From the NCBI RefSeq assembly GCF_000002075.1, contig NW_004797435.1, forward strand, positions 902,124 to 966,123: 64,000 bases of DNA, in the 5' to 3' direction. Shown in pieces: positions 46,701-61,700 of the stretch; the stretch's first letter is position 1; each line of letters opens with the position of its first letter. A model generated the notes under the pieces. That model was not told the DNA's origin. It made no database searches and saw nothing but the letters and a program-made list of their open reading frames with translations. The position numbers and the translations under genes were made by a program. This DNA comes from Aplysia californica (Eukaryota).

Positions 46701-49700
46701 AGTTAGTGATCTTGACTGGACTCTAGTTCCCAAAAGTTTGGGTGATACAATGTGCTGCCACTTGAAAAGTACACCTTCGAGCTTCAGATTGTCACACGGA
46801 AAGGAAATATCGTCATGCCTATTATTAACTTGACCAACATTATAAAGATGGATTTGAAGGACTGGATGGAAATGTGTGTTTTATTATGGGAGGTGAGAAT
46901 GACACGTTTTTGGTGTTTTGGTGGAACAGGGTAAACTGGTATGACCCGGAACATGTCATTCTAGCTGATAAGAGTTAATGTGCATCTGTGTTAACATAAA
47001 CATGGCAAAACAAAAGCAATTTGACAGAAATTATGTCTGCTTCAGTATTCAGTCAACATTCCCTATGTTATCTAGATGAGATGATAATAAACCAGGTAGA
47101 ATTTATATCCCAGAAAGTGTCACTCTCTTAATGCCAGATGTTCCCTCTTTACATTTTCTCGAGTCTCTCACCAAAGCTCTGAGTGCTGAAGGGCTATATT
47201 TACAATGCAGAGGTTTTCCTCTACTGATGACTTAACGTTTCATAAATCTTGATTTCTTTTTAGGCTTCCTTACATAATTTTAGAGGCCTATCATTATTTA
47301 TTTTGGAGGAGGAGAGGCTGTTATTAATGATTTGTAAGGGACATAAAGATAAGCTCAGTGCTGGCTGGTTCGTTCTAAAGCTCCTTGAGGAGGAGTTATT
47401 TTATCAAGTATCCTTCATCTTTTTGACAAAATATAATATCCCATTTAGACCTGACAGGCAGGGTAAAAGCAGCACACTTCTTCAGTTTGATCTAAAGTGT
47501 GTTGTTTTGGGACCTAAGAAAAAACATTTTCAATCATGGATGGCTGCAGCTAAGAAGCGCAATTATCATTTTTCTTTTCACCCCACTCTAGACAAGTTGT
47601 TACTTTCCCTGAGTTGATTATTAAAAGGTTATTAATAGATGCACTGCCCACCAGAAGGAGGGGCAACCCCTTCAATTGTCTTCTTTTGTTTGTTCTTCCT
47701 TCTTTTCTCTTTACCCTGGCGTCGAGTCTTCTAGCTGTAAAATAATCCATTAACGAAGGGTATTAAAACAATAATAGACTGGAAAAATCAGATGATATTG
47801 TGATACTCTTCGCCTGTAAGGATTGGATGTCTCTACTAAAATTGATATCTCTTAACTTTTCCCTGTGCTGTCTGTGAAGCTACCACCTGTAGCCAACAAA
47901 ATAAAGTAGTAAAATACACCTCGGGAACAAGATCAATCAGGTGTCAATATAAGGGAAGTATATGAATATTGATTAGGAAACACCTTGCCTTGCACCTGTT
48001 ACCTGCTTTATTACTGGTACTTTCCACTTGTTGTTTATGTGAAGAGCTCTGGGTTGTTAGTAATAATATAACTGCTTCATTTCTTTGAAATACCTGTATA
48101 TGACTGAATTTTTTCAACTTTTCTTTTTTGTGATAATAGTGATGACATTGGATTGTGTATTTGTAAAGTATATCCCTTCTTAAGAGATTGCTGAATAGGC
48201 TTTACAGTCTATTGTCGGAACAGGACAAGGGGCCTTTATGACAACTATTTTAGTAATAATTGTTATTTTGGATGGCTTTTGTAGAAAGTATTATATTCCC
48301 TCTCGAAAAAGGGCTACATATACTTTACAATATAATATATGAAATAGACCATTGCATTTGTCGTTCAACCAGGTTCTTCACAGAAAATAGATGTATGCAA
48401 ACTAAATGAAGCAATTGCGTGTGTGTGTGAGAAAGAGAGAGAGAGAGAGGGGGGTCCTGTAAGCCATTTTAGCAAAAACACAGTGCATAAATGAGCTTCA
48501 TTTTTATTATTTAATTTGCATCCTCTGATCAATTATTTGACTTGCATCCTCTGTTTCACCCACTTTGTGATAACAGTTATGAAACAGTGGCTCATCAGCT
48601 GTTCCACACACTGTACACTCTGACACTAGTGGTATCTTTCTCCCTCTGAGACCAGACACTGAGGATTGTTCAGTTGGTATCATGCGGCCAACAAGGTGCT
48701 CTTGTGCTTGGGTTGTTCGGGAAGTTGTTAAGGCTCTCCACCGACTTGGCTGGGTCTTATTGGAGATGGATCTTAACTTTAAATCCCTGCCCCGTACAAA
48801 GTGTTGAAAAGGGCGGTAGACCTATACAGTTACATTTATCGAACATAAGATTGCTTTTGTAATGCTGTGAATCCTCAGCTTATGTAAGACAGTTGGTCTG
48901 ATTAGTTTTATCAGCCAGTTTTTCAAATGTTCCTTTTTCTCAGTACACAATGGAGAGCAATAAGGGAGAGCAGGGGGGTGGCGACTGCACAGAAGAGAGA
49001 CAGCTCAGTGCCTTGGACACAACAATTAGGTGAGTGTAACAAACAAGTTTTATACAAGGGCGTTCTTGGCAGTGTCTTTACACAAGCCAGGTGTGAGTTA
49101 CAGCTCGTGCTGGGGGTCAGTGACCGAGCTGTGTCTTGTCCATGGAATTATCGCAGGTGGTTGGAGTGTGCCATTGGTAGGTATTGCTTCTGTTTTTCCC
49201 TGTGTTGTTGATATCTGTCAGTCTTGCTTTTTCTCTGCATAAGGTTACTGTTATTGTGTTGATGAGGTTCATTTTACCCGATCTAAACAGAAAGTTGCTA
49301 CAGTAAGGAGCCAGGATAAACTCTTTGGGCCAAAGTAGATCTCAAAAGAACATATGTGGTAGTACAGAAAGATTGGTTATTATACAAGATGTACCACTAA
49401 CATCCCTCTATTCTATTGATAGAAGGAATTCTTGAATTTATCATAAGGCATGTGTGGGTGGTTGGAGGGGACCACGAGAAGGTACTATTTCTTTTCTTTT
49501 GGGTTGTCTGTTTTGCTTTTTTGAGCATTTTTTAACCCTTATTGTGCGGATGTTCTTTTCTTTTCTCAACTAGACTAATAAAGAGCATGTGAAACTAAAA
49601 CAGTAAATAATAAATAATTTGTACTTATCAATCAATGTTTTTTCTCTATTTCCTCTTTTGACAGTGATGAGAAGAAAGCAGAATTTCAGAGCTGGAGGGA

Positions 49701-52700
49701 GCATGACGAGTCTCTCCCTATGTTCTGTGAAGTGGATGGTAAGTGACCTTCATCTTCCTGCATCAGTAATGTAATGGTCAGGCTCTTCAACATTGCATAC
49801 AGAAGACGGTTTGATTCTCGTTTGAGGATGTTATTTTTAAATTTTTTTTAGTAGTCCTGTCTGTCTGCTGGGATGCTGTATCCCACTCAGCCTGAGTTGG
49901 CCCTGTGAGGCTGGGATGAAATCTCCAAAATGATCTGGATTGCATCAATGAGAGTGTAAATTCAAATCATTGACTCTCTTCTCCCTTGTTTGCCCCCTGC
50001 ACCTTCTCAAACTGTTTCTTGCAGTTGATTTTGAGGTTGTTGGAAAGGCATCACTGATAGGTCCTACTTCTTTAGTTTCCTTCTGTTGTTGTTGTCTCAG
50101 TCTTCCTTTTTTCAGCACTAAATGGCCATTACCATGTTAATATGTCTTTCTTTATTCAAATTCTAAAAAGCTGTTTGTGTCTTTAACAATTCAAATCCAT
50201 CACTCAGCTCAAGCTGTGCCCAGATGCTGCTGAAATGATTTCATACCTAATAGTTTTCCCTACTCAGATCTACTGTATTTTCCTTTCACTTCTCCATTTA
50301 GCGTTTTGTTGATACATCAGCAATTTTCCTTGACATAGTCCTACTGACAGATATAAGTACTCCCCACCGGCATCAGAGGTGGTCAAGCCGTGAGTCGTGG
50401 CTACCACTGACCAGCTGTTGACAAGTGCTACCAGCTCTGAACAGCAATGTGTTTTATGTGAATGTAGCCTCTTAGGTATTCTTTTATGGGATGAAGCCGT
50501 AAAACTTACAAATGATACTTACAGAAAAAGGGTTGAAAAACATTCGAGACCCTGGACCTGAACCAGACGGTTTTTATCATCATAACTTTTCCAGTGTATG
50601 CTTAATTTTTAGACTATTTGAACTGTATTGTCAAATTATGAAAGAAACAGAGGTAAGAAAAAGAAGAGTGATGAGAGTATTTAAATCGAAGTTTCATTCA
50701 CTTGTTTAATACCAGAAACTTCGTCTGTACAGATGAGCACTCAAATGACCTAGAGTATGTAGACCTGTTGTTGAATCCAGAGAGGTATACAGGCTACAAG
50801 GGTCTCTCCCCTCGACGCATTTGGAGGTCTATCTATGAGGAGAACTGCTTCAAGTGAGATACTCTTCTGCACATTCACACTTTTTAATATTTTGATTTCT
50901 TCTTTTTTTTAATCTCCTCATCCTCTTCCTCCTCCTTAAATTTTTGTTCTCCCCCTCCTCCTTCTCCTCCATCTCCTTTGTTTTCTTCTCCTGTTTTCTT
51001 TCCTCCTCTTTTCTTCTTTACTTGTCATCATTGTCACCCTCGTTTTCCTCCTCTTTTTTTTCTTCATCTCATCTGCATTATCATATACATTACCTGTTTT
51101 TCCGCCTGTAGTCATTGCTCTTTTTGGTAATTCCCTTCCGGGCAGACAACTCAAAATGGCAACGGTTGATGCAGACAGTGCAAAACTCTGGCAACTAAAA
51201 ACATGCTGTACAAAGCACAGACAAAGGGTCTCTGTACACAGCATTTAAAAATCCACAGAGAAAAAAATCTGGATACTATTTTACAAGTGCATTCAACATC
51301 TTATATGACTTGGTCAAACTGAAGTATGTCCATTTTTGTATCTGGATTATCCATCTGATTCCCAACCACACGCTAGACTGTGGACAGTCATTTCCCCCAT
51401 CTGGTAGTTTCACATGAAGATGGGACATGAATTACCAACATGACTGCTGATGATGAACACACAGCTTGGTTTGTCTCATCAAGCTAGCTTTGGTTACCTT
51501 TTGCTGAAGCGTTAACATTTTTTATTTTTTAAAATTTCATTTTATGATATAAAGTTCTAGTCCAGTGCTTGCCAACCTGGGCTGTATTGGCCACTAGTGG
51601 GTGATCTGGTAATTTTGGTGAGCAGTGGGAATCACGTGGGAAGTGACAGGTGTTATTAAATACCCCACTCAGAAATACATGTTGGTGAGCGTTATGAAAA
51701 TAGTAGTCTTTTAAAAATGACAAAAGTGAGTGCTGGCCAGTGAAAGGTTAATAAGTGCCAGTGAAGCCAGTAAATATGTTCATAGACAAGTGTGATTAGT
51801 ACATTGTTAAACATAAACCAACTATCCTAACAGGCGATTGATTTTTACAGTTTTTGTTTTGTGAGGTTATTGAGGGAGAAATTTTCATTAAATATTATCT
51901 GTAAGGTCAATATGAGAAAGAAATGTCACCATTTGATATTTATTTTCCACAGGCCAGAGAAAAGTGTTGGCTATGGCCCTGAACCTATCACTGAAGCAGG
52001 TTTGTGTTCTTTTTATTATAATTCTTTTACCCTTGTTCAATCAATCTCTACCCTCCCCCCTCCCCATCTTATTTAGTGACCCAACACCCTCAAGAAACTT
52101 CAAACCACTTCCCCTTTAGCTTCACATAGTCAACACCTTTTTATTTGCCTGAAGTGAAAGAGGACTGCTACTGTATAAGAATAGCATGAGTGAGATAAGC
52201 CCGATATCATTGTATTGAGAAGAGGGATTTTTGTCATTTTCATTTCCAGATAATTATGACAGTGCCACGTCTTCCAGTGGTAAGTAAAAGTCATTTCATT
52301 CTAGGCAGGCTCCACCATTACTCTGGTATTGTTAATAAGTTCCAAGGATCTGTAGTAACCCACTGTAGAGTACCTTTTCTTCCATGATGTTATGCATTGT
52401 GACACGACACTTTACATTTATTGCCTTTCACATTTCTCAGTAGTTGAAAATTTTATGTACCATTTTGAGAAATCTGCTGATCCTTGATTTGATGCAGAGA
52501 GTGTGCCATCTATCTGCTCACTTACATCTGCTTTTATTAATTCACAGACGCTGTAAAATCTCTGAATTTGTGTGTCATGCCTGCATTACCTGTTTATCAC
52601 TAACCTGCTGCTAACTGTTTGTTTAACCAGTATTCTAATCTTATAGTTCTATTGCGAGTCTGAGTCTGTATGCCAATTCTAAGTTAAACAATCGTCCTAT

Positions 52701-55700
52701 GTAAGACAACAGAATGGAATTGATGATATATTTGTGATGGAAAGAAGGTAGTAGGTCCTCTCTTTAAATTTTCATGATTTGCTCCATGCCTTTTCTATAA
52801 TGACTGCTTGAGGTTTTTTATGTCAAGATGGTGTTAGGCCTTTTTATACATCACTTTCAAGGATTTTCAAAGTGCAAGATTTTAAGAATCTAAACTTTCC
52901 TCTTTGATTACTTATAATATCCATCCCCATTTTATATCGCATTCTCTTTACAAACAACAGAAACACAAGGACACCATATAATCACCATGCACAATTCAAC
53001 TTCAAATCTTTCTTCATAAACACCCATTTATTTTTATTTGTACCATATTTTACAGCTGCCTTCTTGGAAGGTAATTTTACATCGCTTTTCAGAGGAATCC
53101 TTGGACTCTGTCTATGGCTAAGAAATCATTGTTAATAGCAGGAACTGTAAAAACTGCTTGTTCTGTCATATTATTGCCTGTATTTCTGTCATTCATGTGA
53201 GTTTCTTTTCATTTTCTTTATTTGCTTTATGTACTTACTCCCTGTAACTAAATCAAGTTGCTTTGCTATATTTGTCAAGACTCTTCCTCGCAGTTTGATT
53301 TTGTTTCTTTTGTTGTTTTTTTACTTTGTCCAGCTGGTACAATGGCAGTCATGTGTCAAATTTCTCTATCTCTCTGCTTTGTTCTATGCACTTTGGTGAT
53401 GAGACGGGTACAGGGACTGCTCCTACTTTGCAATCCCCTGCTGTTTCTTCAACCTGCAGTGCAACTGATTTTTACTTCACATGTGACCAGTTTTCTTAAC
53501 CCTATCCGTACGTCTTGTTTTACTATCGTATCATCCTTATGAGGTGGGGAACTCTGTGCCACCACTTTCTAAAGAGGAAATTTACTCATTAATCTGATCC
53601 GTACGCTTTGCATAGCAGTCTGTCAAAATGATATTTTGAGAAATACTGAAAGTTTGAAAGAGATCTTCGCTCTAGAAGTTTTCTAAAATGTGAAGAATAC
53701 AACCCCGGGGGTACAAAATGACTCCAGGGTGTACGGATAGGGTTAATTCAGAGGGTCCCTTGTCTTCAACTTTAAGGCTGCCACATTCTGATTTCAAAAG
53801 TGCTTTTTTTTTTTGTAATACTGACGAGAGTATTTTCAGTTTTATGAGGAATTATTTTTTTGAATTTTTACCAGGTGGTGGCTAAAGCCTATTTTTATCA
53901 ATTTTAGGACCACCAAGGGATCTTGAATATGTGCAGCCTGCACATGGAACCTCTGAGATTTTTTGCCCTTATCTGAGAAGGCTAGGTATTCAATCTTACG
54001 TATCCTAAGATCAGAGGTGTGGCTGAAAGACAGCTCTAAGAACGTGCTAGGAGTAGCAGTAGAAAGAGTCATGAGTCAGGGAGAGAGGAGCAGAGAGCCG
54101 GGTGGGGGAAGGGGTGAGAGAGTGGAGTGGAAAGCAGATGACAACAAGGGACTAGAGAACAGGAAAGAAGGACAAAATAGGAAATTGTTGAGAAGAAAAC
54201 TTTTTAGTTGTTGGTAGGTTTCAATCCAGGGATCTTTTGACTGAGAGGTGAACACCATACCTCTTAGACCACAAGAGCTCCTTTCTGGGGGGGCTGCTGT
54301 TCTTGAGGTTGTTGTTATTGATAATGGGAATTGATATGAGTTGATGGGTTTTTATTTGTCAAGCAGAGGTTTGCATATGGCTGCCCAAGATATGTATGTC
54401 TTTTTTAAGTGTTATGTAAAGTTGGTTGTCTTTTGAAAGTTTTCATTTTCAGATCGTTTCTTCCTATTGAAATTGTAAAAAGAGCTTAAATGAGCATGGT
54501 TTCCTTTCACTTCATCTGTCTTATGCATTGGTCATTCGCCATGCTGTTTGTAATGTGCTTGGATTATTGGTTGACGTAATGTGTTGCATAGTATTAGTTC
54601 TTTGATTCCTATTGCTTGTTGCAAAATGCTGTCATGTTTCTATCTCAGAATGATCTAAGATTTTCAATGTAAAGTTTGACCTGTAAACTATTTTTCTTTT
54701 TGGCTCGTGTTTATTCAGCTCCTCTGTACATTTGTATGGAAAAAATCTTGTTTTATAGCCTTGTCTATATTTTTTGTTTGCCAGGAATTGATTAGTATTC
54801 ATAGAATGAACTCCAGCTTATCTGTTTCCTTAATTTTCAGTGTTTGTTCCAATACTGAAGTTTGATGTAATGTCTTGTGGAATCGACTTATTTTGTCTGT
54901 TGATCTGACGAAACTATCTACCTTTGCCATTGCTTCATGTTATCATCAGTATCGATAGATTCTATATTTTTCACTCGGTATATGTTTTCTGTCCTTCTCT
55001 TTGAGATAGGCCTACCTAACAAATTTTATTTTTCCTTAAAATTTAAACCCATCTTTAACCCTCTGCTTTTTTTTTCAGATGTTCAGTGTAAGTGGATATA
55101 GGCACCAATTTTATGAAACATTTTATTGTACTTTTACTATTCCCACTAAGTCGCAGAATGTGATATTCTTGAGAAACTTGTCTGGGTGCTGCCATTCTGT
55201 AATAAATACTTCAACCTATGGTGATTCTGGTGATGTAGTTCATTGTTAACATTGTTATGTTAAGCCATTTCAGAAGAAGACGATTCGGTTAGACAACTTG
55301 AAATATAATAATCAAGTGCTTCTCTTGCTGGGTTCCTGCTTGATACACACAATCAACCTACAGCTAAATATCCCAGCAGTGAAAATTTCAATGTTTTTTT
55401 TCTTCTCATGGCTCAAGCTAAAGAGGTCCTGGGATAATGGATTGGCTGTGCTTTTATCTCTAGATTTTATCATATGTTGCTTTAAATGACAGTTTTCCAA
55501 GACAAGTTTTACCAATATATCAATTATACTCATTTGTACCATACACTAGGCACTGGTTTTATAAAGCAAAGGTCTGACTGTTGAAAGTTGCTAGTTTGGA
55601 TTTGATGGTCAGGGTAAAACAAGATTTTAAAATGTCTGGGAGTGCATCATTTTGCACATTAATGGTTTTGAGGTCTGGTTTCATTTGGCATTTTAAAACG

Positions 55701-58700
55701 TTTTTATTGTATTTTTCATTTTTCGTACAAGATCATTTTGTTTTGTTTTTTAAATTGAGGGGTATTTTGTCCACTTTTAAAACTGGACACCAATTTGGAA
55801 AAGGAGTCATTTTATTGAAAGAAGGAACTAACGTTTGCATGTAGTCTTGTCTTTGGTGATGGGTTTGGTTTTTGCTGGGAATGAACAAGATGCAAACATG
55901 GGTTCAGTAATTTGCTTTTGAATTAAAATTACCCAAGTTCGGCAAGTAACTGGTCCTAGTTTTGGGAGTGCTCGGGGGGAGGAAATGTAGCTTTGATCAT
56001 TATATGCTTTCACACTCATAGAGTATGCAAGGACGCGCTGGTAACATGTGCAGGGTATCACTGGTAAGACATTATTCATAATTCTGTACAGCTGGGAGTT
56101 TGTCTTTTGTCGGAGTATGTAGTCTTTTGTCGGAGTAGGAAGTCTTTTGTGGCTCTGTTTGGCAAAGACAATAGCATCTCGTTTTTAGTTGAACTGAATA
56201 AATATGTTTTTAGTTTTTCAGTGTCACTTTTATCCTCTCACACTATGTGAACAGCGACTATGGTGTTACAGTTAGGCCTGAATGCCATTTTTCCAGGGGT
56301 TTTTTGCAGTTTATTGTTTTTGGTGGTTATTTCCGTTATTTTCATTTGAACAGTTGTTATCCTAAGCATTTGTTTTCTGTTTAACCCCATATTAGATGTG
56401 TCTATTAACTGTCTTTTGGTTTGCCAATGCAAGTTTCTAAATTTCAAGTTATTTTCACAAAATCCGAGGGGTATCCCAGGTTAGGTTTTCACTGTTGCAT
56501 GCAGATGATGGGAGTTTGATTATCTGGGCATTATTCATTGAGTATCTTCGTCTTCTGGGATGGTGTATCCCACTCAGTCCAGGTTGGCTATGATAGGCTA
56601 GGTCGAAGGAGCTTATCTCCTAAACTATCTACATTGTATTGATCAGGAACAACAATAATTCCAAATTGTGGGTACTTTACTGCCAGTGAATATGCATATG
56701 AGAGCCTCCCCCACCCTGTTGTTCTTAGTTCTGTTGTCACTCAATAAGTGTGTTGACGGTTTTTGGGTGTGCTTGTGCTATCCTATCTGTTGTCCTCATA
56801 AATTCTTCTTGATGCGATATGAGTTGTCAGAGTGGGTAGTAGGAGAGCGGCACTAGTAGGTCTTATTATTTTTTGTTTCCCTCTGTTGTTCCTATCTGTG
56901 TTGCTTTTAATTTTCCATGCACTGAATGACCATAAATGTATCTGAGTTTTCTCTTTGGTCAAACAAACCAAACTTGTCTTGGTCACTTTCCTTGAAGTAC
57001 AAGTTTACAACAAAAGGCGCTCTGCAAATCTTCTTGTTATTCTTACATTATAGCTGTGATGACGCGGACCAGTTATATCTGTGAACTCTTTTATCTTTGT
57101 GACTCTTTCCTCTCTACCTGACAAACACTTACAGACCAAAAGTCTGCGTAAACACGCTAATATCTTCCTTTTTGTCTTAGAGCTGAGAAAGCCCAGTATG
57201 TTCTGCTTTCTTGTTGTGGTTAGGTTTAGAATGATACTTCATCACATCCAACTTGCAGCTTTGTTTGTGATTTTCCTTTTCCAAGTCCAGCTTAGTTGTT
57301 GGTGTTTAATTTGAATTAAGAAAAGCTCCTCCACTCAAAAACAACTGTGCAGTGCAAGGGAAAAGCAAGAAAGATAAACAGAATCATTTGAGGAAAAAGA
57401 AAATCAGTGGGGCCTTCTAGTTGCACCCTCTAACCACTCAGTGTGTTTTCCCTTAGTGCCAAGTCCTTGTCTCACAAAAGGCTGTCTGAGGTTGTATGTC
57501 AGTCTCGTATTGAAAATTTTCATCTTTACTTATATCACTTCTTGTAATTTTTTCTGTTGGTTTTTGTGTTGCCAGAATGATTGTGTTTCAGCTTCATTCA
57601 TATATATATATATATGAATGTCATCGACAGTTGTTTAAGAGCTGTTTTTCTTTTTTAAAAAACAAAGCAATGGATTTGTGGGTGTCTATAGGACTTTATT
57701 TTCACAGATAAATATTTTAAAAATGTATTTTCTTGGTAAAGTACTTTTTTTAAAATGAACCGTTTCTTTTTCTTCTCTCCTGTTTCCCTCTGTAGCAATG
57801 TGTTTGGAGAAACGGGTGTTCTATCGGCTCATCTCAGGCCTCCACACCAGCATCAACATCCATCTGTGTGACCAGTACCTTTTCCCAGGTCAGTGCTGTA
57901 TGAGTTGTGTGTGTGTATGTGGGTGTGGATACTTTCTATAAGTTTTTCATTTGTGTATGTCTGCTTGAGTGTATGTTTGTGTGAATGTTTTTTTCTGTTG
58001 TATTTGTGTTTTCTTTATGTCTGTGTATGTGTAAATATTTCTTTTTGTTTATATGTGTATATGTATGTGAATATTTTAATGGTGTATTGCTTGTGAATAT
58101 TTATTGTTTTATGTTGTTTGTGAGAAATTTTTTTGTGATGTGTGTAAATATTTTTGTGGTGTGTGTTTGTGTGTGTGGGAGATCTCTTCTCTATGTGTTA
58201 ATATATTGTTATATGTGATATAAGGAGACGTAAATTGAGGCGGTCAAAGCATGTTTCTGTTTTAAAAAGGCAATAAGTTTTTTATGATTTATTTTTACTC
58301 ATATGTGTCTGTGCATATAAAACCTTAGTATTTTTCAAATTACTAGTCACATTCTCTGAGGATGTACTCACAAATATTTATATGGATATTTTGAACATGT
58401 CACCACCTCACATTTGAGTGGAGTTTGTAAGTAATTACTACGTCAATGTGTAGTTAGTTCCTTTTTTGCATACTGCTGGGTTTCAATGCGAATAACTTGT
58501 TTGAATCCTAGTGAATGGCATTATTGAATTTGGCTACATTTACATTGGTGGAGAATTTTTTTAGGCTCACCACCTACTTGACTTGGTCATTTAAGGGATG
58601 GAAGTTTGGAGGTCTTGCCTCTTAAATTACTTTAATTTTGAAAATATTGTTAAAACCATACTTTGCTGTTGTTTATTTTCCATCTGAATGCTATTAACTG

Positions 58701-61700
58701 TCTCATGTTTGTTCCCCTTCAGCGAAGAATGGTTTTGGCCCAGGTACTTGGGGTCACAACCTCAAGGAATTCCAGCGTCGATTTGACCCAGAGAAGACAG
58801 ATGACCATGGCCCACAGAGGCTGAAAAACCTGTACTTCACTTACTTAGTAGAGTTACGGGCCCTATCAAAGGCTGTGCCATATTTGGAAGAGGTAAAATA
58901 CTTAACACCTTTTTTTTTTTTTTTTTTGTGGTGATCTTGAATGCACAAGTATTTGATACCACAATTATCACATCAGGTTGTGCATTTAGTCCATTTGAAC
59001 AGATATTCCTGCAGTGTGATTATGACCCCTATTGGGGGTATTCCTGCAGTGTGATTATGACCCCTATTGGGGGTCATGACGTTTGGTGATGGGGTCTGCT
59101 ATTAAAGAGCATGCATACTTGAGATTTAAAAACATGTTTTTCCCTCTTACATTTATAATAATAAAGGTGCAGCTAAAGGTGACAGTTAGCAGTATATGAC
59201 TATTGTAGATCTTTAATCCAGCTTCTCATGGCCAACCTAAGTTGAGTGGGATACAGCACCTCAGTAAACAAGCAGAGATACTCGATTTAAAAGAAAAAAA
59301 AACTTTCCCCACATAGGAATTGCATTCATATTTTCTGGGTACAAGGGCGAAGAGTCTAACCATTACAACTCAGATACCTGTGTATGTTATGTCTGCAGTT
59401 TCTTGTTTTATTTTATAACAAGGCAAAAGATGCAATGCTGTTATCACTCAATAATAGTCTTCAGCAATGTAAATTTCAACATTTTTTGTTTTTCTCTCAA
59501 ATCAGGAAGTTTTCTACACTGGTGATGCTCAGGAAGATGCAGATTTAAAGGAAGGCGTGAAGGACTTTTTGGCAATTGTCAAGTAAGACTTTTGTTGTTA
59601 AAGTTGGAAAGGCACCGTGTTCATGTAGGCCTACCACTTTTTATTTGAGAGAAATCTTTTTACACTTTACAACAAAACTACTACTTGTACACTGATTTAT
59701 TATTGGCCAAAATGCACAAATACGTATGGCTGTCTCTGGCTCTCCTTCTCCCTCTTCCATTTCCTCTCTCTCTCAAAGATCTGTACACCCAGTCACAAAG
59801 AACACTAACTTGTGGTTCACTTGGGGGAGCACAAATACACAGTGGGTGGTTGGCAGGTGCTCTGGTGTGGTTTGCTTCTTCTTTGCTATCAAACATCTAT
59901 CGTCCTTATTTCCCCTTCTTCTTATTATGTTTGTTACTCTCTTGTAACACCTCTAATCTTCTGGCGTTCATATGACCTTATGCAGTTGCGAGCGCCGTAA
60001 AGCCTCTACTGAAACAAAAAAACAAATACACATATTTGGATGTGTCATTTCTGCCTCATCTTGTTTTATACACACGTTTGATTGAAAAGAAATTTTTTAG
60101 AATAGGAAATTGTTAAAGTTATGTTTTTGTCTGTATCCTGTGACACCAGTTGTATGGAATGGCAGTTCCCTTCAAATTTTGTTGGGTTTTTTTTCCTTTC
60201 CAGAAACTTTCCTGATCATTTTGATGAAAGCCAGCTGTTCAAGGTCAACTCTCAGGAAATGCTACAGCTCAAGGTAAGTGGTGCTCTCTAAATCTTATTT
60301 TTTGCAATGATTAAAATCTTTTGAGCTTCTTTTTTAGCTTAATTCATACAATGGTGTAGATAGACAAGCAGGTATAATATGATTTTCAATTTTTTCATAA
60401 ACAGAAAGAAATAGTGTGCATATTGGGTATTTGTATCTTGCCTTAGAATTAGCATTTCTTTTGTCTGAATGCATTCAAACTTGGAATGAACATTCTTCAA
60501 AGCAACATCAAAAATTTTTTAGAGTGGAATTGCTGTTAGTCAGTTGAGAGTGAAGCAATATAAGTATCCAAATTGACTGTCTGAGTGGTGTAAAAATAGG
60601 ACATCTGACAAGCAAAAATGCTTGTCAAATTTAAAGTTGGTTATATTTAAAATCCTTGTATACAAAGTTAAAATTTTGACTGTACATTAAGCAAACATAA
60701 GTCAAAGTAATTTTCTTGGAAAAAAAACAACTTTAAGTGATGTTTCTGTTGAAAAAAAAACCCTGATCCTTTACACACAACTGATCATCTACTTCACACA
60801 AGCAGTCATTTTTAGCATTTCTCACACTACTGATAAATGACTATCAGTTACTTCATATAATGTATCATTTACTTCAATGTAAACTGTAATCCCCAAGTTC
60901 AGCTTGTTTTGAGAGAGAATTCAGAGGAATTTTCCTGTTTTTGGTCAACAAGGAGTAGGCACATCTGGTTTAATGTAAAATGTTATGTCTGGCTCATCTT
61001 TCGTTCATTCAGAGCGAGTTTGTCCATCATTTCCGCAATATCTCTCGGATCATGGACTGTGTTGGCTGCGACAAGTGCAAGCTGTGGGGAAAGTTACAGG
61101 TGTGTAGTTCAGTCACACTAGGGTTTTTTTCTCTTTGTTTTGGGTATAACTTTTATGTTTGTTGACATGTAGAATGAAGAACAAAGCTATGCATGGGTTG
61201 ATCAGTTATCATATTTTGTCTGAAACTGAAAAGAGAAAAAGTTTTTTAAAATATTGAAGGATAGTAAAGTCATAATTGACAAAGCTGCAAATAGTTTTCT
61301 GCATATAGTTGTTTCCGACTGCATCATTAATATCTTTGTAATATGCATCTTCGAAGACGATTTTGATTTCTTTTTAAGTTTCTGTCTTTAAGGTTGTACC
61401 GTACTGTTTTGTTCCCATCCCTGTGTTTATTCAGGTGGGCGCTTTGAAGGCTCCACCAGAATGACCTACATCTTTTTCTCACCTCTATAATCTTTTTGTG
61501 AGTCTTGCCTTTTCCGTGGGTGGTTGGTGGGTGCTCTGGTGTGGTTTGCTTCTTCTTTCTTATCAAACATCTATCGTCCTCATCTCCCCTTCTTCTTTTT
61601 TATGTTTGTTACTCTCTTGTAACACCTCTAATCTTCTGGCGCTCATATGACCTTATGCAGTTGCGAGCGCCGTAAAACCCTCTACTAAAACTAAACTAAA

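Noticed and set aside
53331-53342. 3-nt microexon candidate cag|CTG|gtacaa in ERO1
   Set aside because: Weak donor and no supporting signal; indistinguishable from chance.
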